This document shows, one piece after another, positions 45,400-55,457 of a stretch of DNA of 64,000 nt. The notes under the pieces were generated by a model that did no database searches, was not told where the DNA came from, and saw nothing but the letters and a program-made list of their open reading frames with translations. Position 1 is the first letter of the stretch. The number at the start of each line of letters is the position of its first letter. The DNA is from Candidatus Nanohaloarchaea archaeon (GTDB taxonomy: Archaea > Nanohalarchaeota > Nanosalinia > Nanosalinales > Nanosalinaceae), in NCBI GenBank assembly GCA_042218325.1, contig JBDGRE010000001.1, positions 132,356 through 196,355 on the forward strand, in the 5' to 3' direction. Both the position numbers and the translations under genes were made by a program.

Positions 45400-46245
45400 G
45401 TGATAAAAAGTTTTACCAGTTATTTTACGCCCGTGAGAGGCTTAAGGACGGCGGAGGAAAGGATAGAGTACAAGCTTCCTGACGCCTGGGATTTTACCGG
45501 TTCGAACGTCGTCTACGGTTATCCTGTGCCCTCGGATTCTTTCCCGGACGGCTTCCTGCTATCCAACAGCGACCACCAACTGTACAACAGCCCGGTAGGA
45601 GAGAAAGATGTCGTGGCGTACGTTTCCCGGGAGGGAAGGGATGATATCGTGGCCTATATCGAGGTCAAGGAAAACGGGGGTCTGGAGGAAAGGGCCGAGG
45701 ACCAGGTAGAACGGGCCTGCGAGTTCTGGAACTCGCGCGGCTACGCGTTCGCCGGTGGCTTCTCGACAGGCGAGACGATAAGACCGTGGGAGGGCGAGGT
45801 CTTCGGGGACGAAGAGATAGCACCTGCTGATTTCGACTTCCGGGAGGCCGAAGTTATACCGGCAGCCGCTGGCGACGGCCAAGAACCGCCCAGCGGCAAA
45901 GGCTTCGACCACCCGATGGTGGAGGGATGGGAAGAGGTGATCACCGACCTCGTTTACGGGGAACCACTCGACTCGAGCATCCCTCGAGGCCTGGTCGGCA
46001 GCAACGATAGAGGCCGGCATTTCGGCCAGATGGACGCAGCTCTCTACAGCGATGAAGCCGATGTGATCGGGCAGATAGAGCTGAAGAAGGACGGTGAGGA
46101 CATGGAGACCATAGAGGGGCGTCTTGACTCGGCCCACGAGTTCTGGACCGGCAAGGGTTACAGTTTCCAGGGAGGGCTGTTTGTGACCGGCGAGATAGTG
46201 CAGCGGGATTTCGATTCCGGTGAGTGGGTCGGCGCCCGGCTTTAA
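45400..46245 (+). CDS. Hypothetical protein with two tandem PD-(D/E)xK-like repeats
   Basis: GEKDVVAY...YIEVK...EFWNSRGY.F.GG is repeated as GQMDAALY...QIELK...EFWTGKGY.F.GG. Start uncertain. Confidence 0.65.
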   Translation: MIKSFTSYFTPVRGLRTAEERIEYKLPDAWDFTGSNVVYGYPVPSDSFPDGFLLSNSDHQLYNSPVGEKDVVAYVSREGRDDIVAYIEVKENGGLEERAEDQVERACEFWNSRGYAFAGGFSTGETIRPWEGEVFGDEEIAPADFDFREAEVIPAAAGDGQEPPSGKGFDHPMVEGWEEVITDLVYGEPLDSSIPRGLVGSNDRGRHFGQMDAALYSDEADVIGQIELKKDGEDMETIEGRLDSAHEFWTGKGYSFQGGLFVTGEIVQRDFDSGEWVGARL

Positions 46246-46289
46246 CCCGACGGTTTTAGGCTTTCCCTGCCGGATAATCAACTAAAGCT

Positions 46290-46700
46290 ATGACCGTGGA
46301 CGTGGAAGACGATATCGCAGTACCAGTGACTTACAGCCCGGAGAGGGACCGTTTCCTGCTGCTGAAACGTGGAGCTGATGCGGATGTCTTCCCGGGGAGA
46401 TGGGACTTCCCGGGCGGCTATTTGAACGAAAGAGAGGACCCGGAGGACGCGGTGATGCGCGAATTGAAGGAGGAGACAGGTCTTCTCGGAACCATGATGA
46501 GGACTGGTGAGCCCCACGTCGTCGACACGCAGTACGGCAAGTACCGGCTGCACTTGTTTCTCGTGAAGGTGGAGGGCGACGATGTCGATCTTAGCTATCA
46601 GCACGTCGATTATCGATGGGTGGAGCCCTCGGAGGTCCCGGAGATGGAAACTGTTAAGGCCATAGAGAAAGATTTCGAACTTGTCGGTGTCGAGATATGA
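46290..46700 (+). CDS. Nudix hydrolase
   Basis: WDFPGGYLNEREDPEDAVMRELKEETGL. Confidence 0.92.
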   Translation: MTVDVEDDIAVPVTYSPERDRFLLLKRGADADVFPGRWDFPGGYLNEREDPEDAVMRELKEETGLLGTMMRTGEPHVVDTQYGKYRLHLFLVKVEGDDVDLSYQHVDYRWVEPSEVPEMETVKAIEKDFELVGVEI

Positions 46701-47152
46701 GCAGGAGCGAGTACAGGACCGTGGTCAAGGCGCTGATAACGTACCAGGGCCAGGTCTTGATAGGGCAGAAGGAGGAGGGTGACCAACCGCATTCCGGTGA
46801 ATGGCATTTCCTCGGCGGTCACTTGGAGGACGACGAATCGCTGGAAGAGGCTGTTGCCCGCGAGGTCGAAGAGGAGACAGGTCTCTCGGTTGATGTCCAC
46901 CAGATAATAGATGCGATGGTTTTCTCCTGGAAGAAAGACGGCAGGACGGACTCGCTGCAGCTTCTTTACCACTGTGAAGCCTGGTCCCCGGAGGCTGAAG
47001 CCCGAGATGACCTTCAGGACGTGAAGTGGGTCGACCCTGACGAACTCGTGGATGAGCTCTGGGACGAGGAAGTGAAGAGGATCGAGAACCGCGATGAGCG
47101 GGCGAAGTTCGTTGAAAAGCTAAAAAAGATGCCGTCGAGAGGTGAAGTATGA
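46697..47152 (+). CDS. Nudix hydrolase
   Basis: WHFLGGHLEDDESLEEAVAREVEEETGL. Confidence 0.92.
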   Translation: MSRSEYRTVVKALITYQGQVLIGQKEEGDQPHSGEWHFLGGHLEDDESLEEAVAREVEEETGLSVDVHQIIDAMVFSWKKDGRTDSLQLLYHCEAWSPEAEARDDLQDVKWVDPDELVDELWDEEVKRIENRDERAKFVEKLKKMPSRGEV

Positions 47153-48666
47153 CCTTGAAACTTTACAACACGCTGACCCGTGAAAAAAAGGAGTTCGAGC
47201 CGATCGAGAAGGACAAGGTCAGGTTCTACAGCTGCGGCCAGACGATATACGACGACCTCCACGTCGGTAATGCGAGGCCGTACGTCTACTGGGACACGCT
47301 TACACGGTACCTGCGTTGGAAGGGCTACACGGTCAGGCACGTCCAGAACATAACCGACGTCGGCCACCTGACAGATGATGGCGACCAGGGCGAGGACAAG
47401 GTCGAGAAACGCGCGAAAGAGACGGGGCTCGAGCCGATGGAGCTCGTCGAAGACCAGGTGGAGCGGTACTTCGAGGATACGAAAGCGCTGAACGTGCAGA
47501 GGCAGGACATCGTGCCCCGGGCCACCGGCCACATAAACGAGATGATAGAGTACGTACAGGAGATAATCGACAACGGCTTCGCGTACGATAGAGAGGGTAA
47601 CATCTACTTCGACCTCGAGAAGTTTGCGGAGGCCGACTTCGAGGACGTCGACGGAGAACCTTACCGTTACGGCAGGCTCGCAAAGAAAGATATAGAGGAG
47701 CTGAAGGAAGAGGCAGAAAGCCGTGTGGAGGAAGACGAAAACAAAAAGCGGCAGTACGACTTCGCGCTCTGGTTAAATGCGGAGGGAACCGGCCACCTCA
47801 TGAAGTGGAACGCCACGTTCGAGGTGGACGGCGAGACAGTAGAATCAGAGGGATACCCGGGCTGGCACCTCGAATGCAGTGTCATGGGCCGGAAGTACCT
47901 CAGCGACGTCTTCGACATCCATGCCGGTGGAAAGGACCATATCTTCCCGCACCACCCGAACGAGCGCGCGCAGAGCTTCGCCGCTACCGGAAAGGGCCAG
48001 GCCCGGTACTGGCTGCACAACGAGTTCGTCACCATCGAGGGCGAGAAGATGTCGAAGTCGAAGGGCAACTTCTACACCGTCCGCGAACTACTTGACGAGG
48101 GCTACTCCGGCGACGCCATCCGGCTGTACATCCTGTCCTCGCATTACCGCAGCGAGACCGACTTCTCGAAGGAAGGCGTGGAGAAGGCGGAGAAGGAGCT
48201 GAAGAAGGCGAGGAAGACGGTCCAGAGGATAGGATACGACGAGGATTACGAGGGCCGGCACCAGTTCGGAAGCCCAGGTGGGGAAGGCGGTGGTCACACC
48301 GAGGAGTTTGTGAAGTTCATGGATGACGACCTCAACACCGCGAAAGCGAAGCAGTTCCTGATGGAGCTGGTTTCCGAGGTAAACGAGGCCCTGGAGAAGA
48401 ACCCTGAAGAAGAAAGAGAGAGCTTCAGGGCTATAGGCATGGGGAACTTCCTTGTCGAGGCCTTCGGTGTGCTCGGTATCGATGTCCGTCCAGACTTCTC
48501 TGAGGAGGAGTCGGAGTTGATGGACGAGCTACTTGAGATAAGAGAGGAGTACCGCGAGCAGGAAGACTACGAGAAGGCGGACCGCATCCGTTCGCTGATG
48601 GACAAGAACGGTTTCGAGGTCGAGGACACGGATGGAGGTGCTCGATGGTTCAAGGTCGAGAGGTAG
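47149..48666 (+). CDS. cysS: Cysteine--tRNA ligase
   Basis: CG.T.YD..HVGNAR, NITDVGH, PGWHLECS, DIHAGG.D..FPHH.NE and KMSKS. Confidence 0.97.
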   Translation: MTLKLYNTLTREKKEFEPIEKDKVRFYSCGQTIYDDLHVGNARPYVYWDTLTRYLRWKGYTVRHVQNITDVGHLTDDGDQGEDKVEKRAKETGLEPMELVEDQVERYFEDTKALNVQRQDIVPRATGHINEMIEYVQEIIDNGFAYDREGNIYFDLEKFAEADFEDVDGEPYRYGRLAKKDIEELKEEAESRVEEDENKKRQYDFALWLNAEGTGHLMKWNATFEVDGETVESEGYPGWHLECSVMGRKYLSDVFDIHAGGKDHIFPHHPNERAQSFAATGKGQARYWLHNEFVTIEGEKMSKSKGNFYTVRELLDEGYSGDAIRLYILSSHYRSETDFSKEGVEKAEKELKKARKTVQRIGYDEDYEGRHQFGSPGGEGGGHTEEFVKFMDDDLNTAKAKQFLMELVSEVNEALEKNPEEERESFRAIGMGNFLVEAFGVLGIDVRPDFSEEESELMDELLEIREEYREQEDYEKADRIRSLMDKNGFEVEDTDGGARWFKVER

Positions 48667-48667
48667 G

Positions 48668-49047
48668 ATGAAGATATACGTCGGTCATCCCACGGATTTC
48701 GATTTCGATTTCGAGGAGGAGCTTTACAGGCCTCTGAAAGAGAGCTCCATAGCGGAAGAGCACGAACTCGTCTTTCCCCACGATTCCGGGGAATTCTTCG
48801 AATCCAAAAGATTCCTGCGGGATGAGTGCGACCTGTTCGTCGCAGAGGTTTCCGGGCCTCGACAGGCCTCGGCATAGAACTCGGGTGGGCTGAAGAGTTC
48901 GGGGTCCCGGTTCTCTGCGTTTACAGGGAAGGAGCGGAGCCTTCAAGCGCAGTTGGCACGGACACCAGCGAGATCCGGGTGTACAGCGACGTGGAGGAGC
49001 TGACCAGGGTGGTCAGGGATAAATCGAGGTCGATATCAAGTGGTTGA
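48668..49047 (+). pseudogene. Nucleoside 2-deoxyribosyltransferase-like protein, frameshifted (probably a sequence error)
   Basis: MKIYVGH...CDLFVAEVS continues in another frame as ASTGLGIELGWA. One base is missing near 48852-48856. Confidence 0.75.
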
Positions 49048-49761
49048 GTGCCCGATTTTCTGCTACCATGGCGTCAGCGAGGAACCGCGGCAGTGGGACG
49101 TGAAGCCGGGCGATTTCCGGGACCAGGTCGAGTGGCTGGACAGCAACTATAGCCTGATGCCGCTCGAAGAGTTTTTCACGCGTTTCCACGAGGAAGACCT
49201 GCCGGAGGACCCGGCGGTGCTGACGTTCAACGACGGCCTCAAGTCCTCCTACAGGGCCGCTGATGTACTTGAAGATTTAGGCGCCAGGGCGACTTTCTAC
49301 ATCATAACAGGTCTCATGGGAGAGCTCTGGGATGGCGCCGAAGTCATGTCGTTGTCGCAGATGAAGGAGCTCGACGACAGGGGGCACGAGGTAGGCGCCC
49401 ACACGGTCAGCCACCCAACCTGCCGAAATACAGTGACAGCCGTGTGAGGAAAGAGGTGGAAGGATTCGTCCGCGAGATTGAGGAAAGGCTGGGCTTGCGC
49501 CCGACATCCTTCGCCTATCCCTACGGCGACTACAGCAGCCGGGTCGTTGAAACCGTCCGGGAGCAGGGCTTTCAGGCCGCGGTCACGACTTCTCCGTCGG
49601 TCGAGGTGGATCTTGACAGGCCTCTCCGGCTCCCGAGGGTGCCAGTTCTGGAATGGCACAGTCTCGGCGACGTGAAGAGGCTTGCGGAGGACAGAAACTA
49701 TCTTTATAGGTGTTACTGGCCCCGCGCCTACCACTACCTCAGGCACCGGTTCCCGTTATAG
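49040..49761 (+). pseudogene. Polysaccharide deacetylase (NodB family), frameshifted (probably a sequence error)
   Basis: YHGV, LTFNDG, ATFYI and VGAHTVSHP, then FAYPYG and LPRV in another frame. Shift at the C-run 49414-49416. Confidence 0.8.
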
Positions 49762-49793
49762 GTTTTTAGCTCCAGGAGAGAAAAACTCTCTTT

Positions 49794-50408
49794 ATGGACA
49801 GGAAGATAGGGGAGGGCCTGCAGTACCGTGTCTACCGCGAGGGTGGAGGCCTGGCCCGCAAGGAACCGAAGAAACGGGAAGAGATGGTGGAGACGCTGAG
49901 GAAATGGCATGACTCCAGGCAGGAGGTGCAGGAAAACGCGGACAGGGCCGTGGAGAGGCGCAGAAAAGCGGTGGAAAGACTGGAGGAAGGAGGGTTCGAT
50001 TTCTCGCTGCTCGGCGACCCGGAGTTCTGTGAGGACGGCACTGTTTTACAGGACCGCGCACAGGTCGCGGGTGAAGTGATGTCGGGCGCCAGACTTTCCA
50101 AAAAGAAAGAAGTAGTAGATGACTACGTGCAGCTGCTCCTGCAGTTATGGGAGCAGGGGATAGGGGATACTATCTACAATTTCACTGAGAACACCGGCTA
50201 CGTGGACGGCAGGCTCGTACACCTGGATTTCGGTGAGTTAGTTTTCTCGAAGAACAGGGTGAAGGAAGAGATCAGGGAAAGGAAATGGCTCGAGAAGTGG
50301 AGCTACACGGACGACCTGTCCGGAGATATCCGGCCCTACTTCCGGGAGCGGATGGCGGAAGAGATAACTGTAGAGGCGCTTGAGAGCCGCTGGAAAGAAA
50401 AAGTATAG
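49794..50408 (+). CDS. Kinase-like hypothetical protein
   Basis: IGEG...VY, K, and D....N.G...LDFG resemble protein-kinase-like motifs. Confidence 0.6.
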   Translation: MDRKIGEGLQYRVYREGGGLARKEPKKREEMVETLRKWHDSRQEVQENADRAVERRRKAVERLEEGGFDFSLLGDPEFCEDGTVLQDRAQVAGEVMSGARLSKKKEVVDDYVQLLLQLWEQGIGDTIYNFTENTGYVDGRLVHLDFGELVFSKNRVKEEIRERKWLEKWSYTDDLSGDIRPYFRERMAEEITVEALESRWKEKV

Positions 50409-50412
50409 TGAA

Positions 50413-50775
50413 TCAGTGGACCTGGCTCTTGTGGACCTTCATGCCCCGGCTTGAGTCGAACTCGTCGCCGCACTCGGGGCAGGCCACCAGCTCTACTTCT
50501 TCATCTTCTTCGGTATCGTTTTCCTCTGTCCCGGCCTCTTTGGCTGCTGTTTCCTCTGTTTCTGGCTCTGGTTCTTCCGTGGTCTGCTCGACAGTTTCCG
50601 GCTCAGACTGGGTGCGGCCCTCGACCTGTTCAAGCTTGCCCTCTTCCTTCAGTTTCTCCCGTTTCTGCTGTTTGCGGTCGGGCTGTTCCTCGAAGATTTC
50701 CTTGGCGCGGTCGTCGGAGATTCCGAGCATCTCCTTGGCTTTCTGCTTCTGCTTCTCGGCCTTCTCTCTTACCAT
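50413..50775 (-). CDS. Small acidic protein with C-terminal C2H2 zinc finger
   Basis: CPECGDEFDSSRGMKVHKSQVH. Confidence 0.8.
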   Translation of the reverse strand: MVREKAEKQKQKAKEMLGISDDRAKEIFEEQPDRKQQKREKLKEEGKLEQVEGRTQSEPETVEQTTEEPEPETEETAAKEAGTEENDTEEDEEVELVACPECGDEFDSSRGMKVHKSQVH

Positions 50776-50811
50776 CGTATCATGAAAAACGGTCTTCAGG
50801 TTTTAAACAGA

Positions 50812-51915
50812 TTAGGGTACCAGCTCCGTGAAGTTCTCTTTGAACTCCTCGTAGTACTCGGGCTTCATCGACGCGCCCGCGGCCTTTCTGTGGCCTCCTG
50901 CCTCCGCTCCCTCTTCTACCGCCTCTTCCGGCAGCGCCTGCTGCATCAGGTCGCCGAGGTCAACCCTTCCGGATTGACACCGTGCCGAGATGTTGACTTC
51001 GTCTTCGTCCTTCTGCACCACGAGATGTATCCACTCTGGTGTCTTGGTCGACTTGTTGGTCGCTATCGACGAGGTGATGTGGAAGTCGCTTTCGAGGTCG
51101 AAGAATATTATCATCTTCTCCCTGTCGATCTCCCGGTCCTCGTCGTAGTCCTCCACCGCTCTATTGAACTCATCCTGCATCTCGAGGTAGACCTCGTAGA
51201 CCTGGCGGTACTCCTCCTGTGCCTCCAGCTCCTTCAGGTCCTCCGATTTCATCAGGGCCTGGTAGGCGAGCTTCGCGAAGTGCGCCGAGTCGCGGTACGG
51301 CTTGATGTTCAGTACGCTCGAGTACCGGCCGTACTCGCAGTTCTTCGCGAGCTGCTGCTGTGAAAGCTCTTCAGGAAGGTACTTGTCGTACTCCTCCGCC
51401 AGTTCCTCGAATAGCTCCGGGCAGGAGTCGACGCCGAAGTCCTGGATAACCCCGAGTCCCGCTATCCACCGGACGTCGTCCTCGATGCCGAATTTGGAGG
51501 CGATGTCCAGGCAGATCTTGCTGCAGGGCACGTAGTCCTCCTCGTGCTCGATACGTGGATTGACGAAGGGTACGTCCGGGACGCGGTCGAATGTGTGATG
51601 GTCGACCACGAGCACCTCGAGGTCGAAGTCTTGGTCGATGGATTCCAGCTCGTCCGCCCCGAGGTTGAAGTCCAGCACGATGAGCCTGTCCGTTTCCTCG
51701 AGCTTTTCGTGGTCCTCTTCGCCGAGGTGGTAGGCCCGGGTGTGAGGTATCATGACCTCCTCTGCGGGTTCGCCCCTGACTTCCTCCAGTATCTTGGATG
51801 TGATGACCGCTGACGAGCTGCCGTCCATGTCCCAGTGGTGGATGATGGTGACGTGGTCGTCCTCGCCCACGTTTTCGAGATAGTCTATAGCTGGCTGTAG
51901 TTCTTTCTGTTGCAT
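50812..51915 (-). CDS. DHH/DHHA1 phosphoesterase (RecJ/NrnA-like)
   Basis: HHWDMDG, VLD, VDHH, ISAR and GGHRKAAG. Confidence 0.9.
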   Translation of the reverse strand: MQQKELQPAIDYLENVGEDDHVTIIHHWDMDGSSSAVITSKILEEVRGEPAEEVMIPHTRAYHLGEEDHEKLEETDRLIVLDFNLGADELESIDQDFDLEVLVVDHHTFDRVPDVPFVNPRIEHEEDYVPCSKICLDIASKFGIEDDVRWIAGLGVIQDFGVDSCPELFEELAEEYDKYLPEELSQQQLAKNCEYGRYSSVLNIKPYRDSAHFAKLAYQALMKSEDLKELEAQEEYRQVYEVYLEMQDEFNRAVEDYDEDREIDREKMIIFFDLESDFHITSSIATNKSTKTPEWIHLVVQKDEDEVNISARCQSGRVDLGDLMQQALPEEAVEEGAEAGGHRKAAGASMKPEYYEEFKENFTELVP

Positions 51916-51920
51916 AGTAT

Positions 51921-54900
51921 CTATTTGACCGGCTCCGAGAAGCTGAACTGAATTTTCCTGCCCCTGAACTCGACCTCGCCGCCGTGCTCGTGCTCCTCAC
52001 CGCTGTAATTTATCTCCGAGACGTTCACGCGGCTCTCCACGCGGTCCTCGAACCTTTCGACCGCATCCGTGTCGCCGGAGAAGCTGAGTTTCACGCGGTC
52101 CTCCACATCGAGGCCCGCCTCCTTCCTCTGCTGCTGGATCGCGCGGACGACCTCGTTGGCGAACGCCTCGTCGAGCAGATCCTCTGTTCTCTCTGTGTCG
52201 AGGTATACTGCCCCGCTGGAGAACTCCTCGCCCTCCATGCCCTCGGGAATCGAGGTCCGGACGTCGAACATCTCCGGTCCGAGCGCGTTGCCGGCGAGCT
52301 CCACTTCCTCGCCGTCCTCTATCCTGGAGGCCAGCTCGTCGTGGTCCTCTTCCGCGAGCGCCTGCTCGACCTCGCCGACCGCGCCGCCAAGCTCCGGGCC
52401 GGCTTTCTGGTAATCCAGCTTCACGGTGTGGTCGAGGTCCATCTGCTCGAACTCGACCTCCTTCGCGTTCAGCCGGTTCTCCATCAGCTCTTCCAGCCTG
52501 TCGACCGCCTCCTCGACGTTTTCGTCGCCGCTGACGGTCACCTTCTTGACTGGGTGGCGGAGGCTGATACCGTTCTCCTGGCGCAGCCTAGCGACAGCCT
52601 CCTCGATATCCTGGTAGATATCCATAGATAGCTCCAGTTCTTCGTCCACCACCTCTTCATCTATCTCCGGCATCTCCTCCAGGTGGACTGTTTCTTCCTC
52701 GTAGAGGTAGTCTGCGAGGAACGGTGTGAACGGCGCAAGCACCTTGAGCAGCTGTTCTGTTACGTGACGGAGCGTCCACTCAGCCGCCTTTCTGTCATCG
52801 CCGTCGTAACCCGGTCTCAGCCGGTCGCGCACCATCTTGACGTAGCCGCGGGAGAGGTCGTTCTTGGTGAAGTTCTCCACCAGTTCCGCGGCCCTGTATC
52901 CCTCGTAGCGTGGCTCCGTCGAGGCTTCTTTGACCTCCTTCACGAGCGTGTTGAGCCGGGAGATTATCCACCGGTCCTCCAGCTCAAGCTCATCCGGTCT
53001 TTCCACTTCCTCGGTGTAGGTGTCACGGTAGTTGTACGTGTTCCAGAGGATGTTCATGAAGTCGAGGTTCTCCTCCATCTCGTCCCATTGGAAGCTCCAA
53101 TCCTCGCTCGGGTCCTTAGATATTATGTAGAACCTCAAGATGTCGCGGCCGTACTTCTCGATCGCCTCCTCAGGGGATACGACGATTCCCTTCGACTTGG
53201 ACATCTCCTGTCCTTCGAGCATGACTTTTCCGTGGTAGATGACGTCGCGGAACGGTTTCTGGTCGTGGGTCATCATCGATGTGATGAACTGGCTGTTCCA
53301 CCATCCACGTATCTGGTCGAATCCCTCCAGCTCTAGGTCGACAGGTCCTTCCTCCTCGAACGTGAAGTCGACCTCCGGGTTCTTCAGCGATGCCCACGGC
53401 GCGACCCCTGAGTCGAACCAGACGTCGAGCACGTCGGGAATCCTTTTCATCGTTCCGCCGCACTCGTCGCAGTCGAGCTTGACGCGGTCGATGTACGGTC
53501 GGTGCAGGTCATCTGGAACCTCCGGTAGCTCGTCCCTGCTTCCGATTACCCGGGTGTGGTCGCAGTCGTTGCATTCCCAGATGGGTAGCGGGATGCCCCA
53601 GTAGCGCTGCCTGGAGACGGGCCAGTCGCCGAGCTGCTCCAGCCATTCGTGGAACTTCTGGCCGGCCCAGTCCGGCACCCAGTTGACCTCGTCGTTAGCA
53701 TCGATTAAATCTTCGCGGAACTGGGTGGCGCCGAAGAACCACTGCGGGACAGCGAGCTGGATGAGGGGAGTGTCGCATCTCCAGCACTTCGGGTACTCGT
53801 GGTGGAGCGTTCCCGAGTGCAGCAGCGCGCCTTTCTGTTCCAGGTCTTTCATGATTTCGTCGTCGGCGTCCTTTACGTGCATCCCCTCGTATTTCCCGGC
53901 GTCCTCGGTGTACTCGCCCTTCAGGTTAACAGGGTTAAACAGCGGCAGGTCCTCCTCCTTCCCGACCTCGTAGTCCTCCTGTCCGTGTCCCGGTGCGGAG
54001 TGGACCAGGCCGGTGCCCTCGTCTAGCGTGACGTACCGCTCGGAGAGCACGACCTTTCCTGTGATGTCCTTCTGCTGGTCGACCTCTTCCTTCAGAGGGT
54101 TCTGGTACGTCTTTCCCTCGAGCTCGTCGCCGCTGACCTCTTCGAGTATCTCGTAGCTGTCGACACCGAACTTCGCCATCAGGTCGTCGACCAGTTCTGA
54201 CGCCATCCATACCTTCCGGCCGTTGAAAGATACGAGGGAGTACTGGAACTCCGGGTTGACCATGATGCCGGTGTTCGACGGGATGGTCCACGGCGTCGTA
54301 GTATAGATAAGGAACTCCTCGTCAGAGTCTTCCGCGGGCATCGTGACGTACACGGTCGGGTCGGTCAGATCGGTGTACTCTATCTCGTTGTACGCCACCG
54401 CTGTCTCGCAACGGGAGCAGACGTGAACGCTGTACCTGTCCTTGTAGAGGTAGCCTTTCTCGTACGCCTTCGCGAACGTCTCCCAGGCGCCCTCGATGTA
54501 GTAGTTGTGGTAGGTGACGTACGGGTTCTCCCAGTCCATCCAGACGCCCATGTCGTTGAAGTCGTGGTTCATCTCGTCGATGTGCTGGTCGACGAATTCT
54601 CTGCAGCGCTCGACGAAGTTATCGACGCCGAAGTCCTCGATGTCCTGCTTCTTCTCGAAGCCTTCCTCTTCCTCGACCTTGTTCTCGATGGGGAGACCGT
54701 GAACATCGTAACCCGGCTGCGCATGAACGTCGTAACCCAGCATCCGGTGGAACCGCAGGTAGTAGTCCTTCAGTATCTTGTTCATACCGGTCCCCATGTG
54801 GATAGAGCCGGTCGCGTATGGCGGACCGTCGAGGAAGTAGAAACTTTCCGAGCCCTCGTTCTGCTCCAGGACCTTCCGCCTGAGGTTCTTTTCTCTCCAC

Positions 54901-54947
54901 TCACTGGAAACCTGTTCTTCGACTTCTTCAGGATTGTACTGGGCCAT
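51921..54947 (-). CDS. ileS: Isoleucine--tRNA ligase
   Basis: DGPPYATGSIHMG, TTTPWT, GTGLVHSAPGHG, WPVSRQRYWG, DQIRGWW and EMSKSKG. Confidence 0.97.
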   Translation of the reverse strand: MAQYNPEEVEEQVSSEWREKNLRRKVLEQNEGSESFYFLDGPPYATGSIHMGTGMNKILKDYYLRFHRMLGYDVHAQPGYDVHGLPIENKVEEEEGFEKKQDIEDFGVDNFVERCREFVDQHIDEMNHDFNDMGVWMDWENPYVTYHNYYIEGAWETFAKAYEKGYLYKDRYSVHVCSRCETAVAYNEIEYTDLTDPTVYVTMPAEDSDEEFLIYTTTPWTIPSNTGIMVNPEFQYSLVSFNGRKVWMASELVDDLMAKFGVDSYEILEEVSGDELEGKTYQNPLKEEVDQQKDITGKVVLSERYVTLDEGTGLVHSAPGHGQEDYEVGKEEDLPLFNPVNLKGEYTEDAGKYEGMHVKDADDEIMKDLEQKGALLHSGTLHHEYPKCWRCDTPLIQLAVPQWFFGATQFREDLIDANDEVNWVPDWAGQKFHEWLEQLGDWPVSRQRYWGIPLPIWECNDCDHTRVIGSRDELPEVPDDLHRPYIDRVKLDCDECGGTMKRIPDVLDVWFDSGVAPWASLKNPEVDFTFEEEGPVDLELEGFDQIRGWWNSQFITSMMTHDQKPFRDVIYHGKVMLEGQEMSKSKGIVVSPEEAIEKYGRDILRFYIISKDPSEDWSFQWDEMEENLDFMNILWNTYNYRDTYTEEVERPDELELEDRWIISRLNTLVKEVKEASTEPRYEGYRAAELVENFTKNDLSRGYVKMVRDRLRPGYDGDDRKAAEWTLRHVTEQLLKVLAPFTPFLADYLYEEETVHLEEMPEIDEEVVDEELELSMDIYQDIEEAVARLRQENGISLRHPVKKVTVSGDENVEEAVDRLEELMENRLNAKEVEFEQMDLDHTVKLDYQKAGPELGGAVGEVEQALAEEDHDELASRIEDGEEVELAGNALGPEMFDVRTSIPEGMEGEEFSSGAVYLDTERTEDLLDEAFANEVVRAIQQQRKEAGLDVEDRVKLSFSGDTDAVERFEDRVESRVNVSEINYSGEEHEHGGEVEFRGRKIQFSFSEPVK

Positions 54948-54991
54948 GTTCTTGAGCAGGCAAATGAAAGTTAAAAGGATTGCCGGCAGGT

Positions 54992-55444
54992 CTACAGCTT
55001 CTTCTCCATCCTGAATACTTTCAGTTCCTCGCCCCCGGTCTCGTACATCTCGGCTCCGAGGTTTTCGAATCCTTTCTTCTCATAGAAGCCCTTGGCGGTA
55101 ACAGTCGAGTGACACCAGAGTTCCTTTAGTCCTCGCTCTCTCGCATCGCTCACTATTTTCTTCAGTAACTCTGTTGCAATTCCCTCACCTTGATGTTCGG
55201 GATGCACGTAGAGACCTGTTATCTCTCCGCTCTCCGGGTCATAATCCCCGAATCCTATTATTTCGCCGTTCTCCTCTGCAACCCAGCGCGGTCTGTCATC
55301 GTCTTCAGCATTGTCCGGGTCGTAGGTCAGCCACGCCTCTATCTTCTCGTCAGAGTAATCTCTGGAGTTGACCTCCCGCACGGTTTTCTCGTGCATTTCC
55401 TCTTTCTCTTCCCGGTCATCTTCTGTATATTCTCTTATCTCCAT
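54992..55444 (-). CDS. GNAT family acetyltransferase
   Basis: LYVHPEHQGEGIAT and AKGFYEKKGF. Confidence 0.9.
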   Translation of the reverse strand: MEIREYTEDDREEKEEMHEKTVREVNSRDYSDEKIEAWLTYDPDNAEDDDRPRWVAEENGEIIGFGDYDPESGEITGLYVHPEHQGEGIATELLKKIVSDARERGLKELWCHSTVTAKGFYEKKGFENLGAEMYETGGEELKVFRMEKKL

Positions 55445-55457
55445 ACTGCTTTCACTT

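Noticed and set aside
48695-48712. GATTTC x3 microsatellite
   Set aside because: It is in-frame (DFDFDF), short, and not at the frameshift site, so there is no evidence for phase variation.
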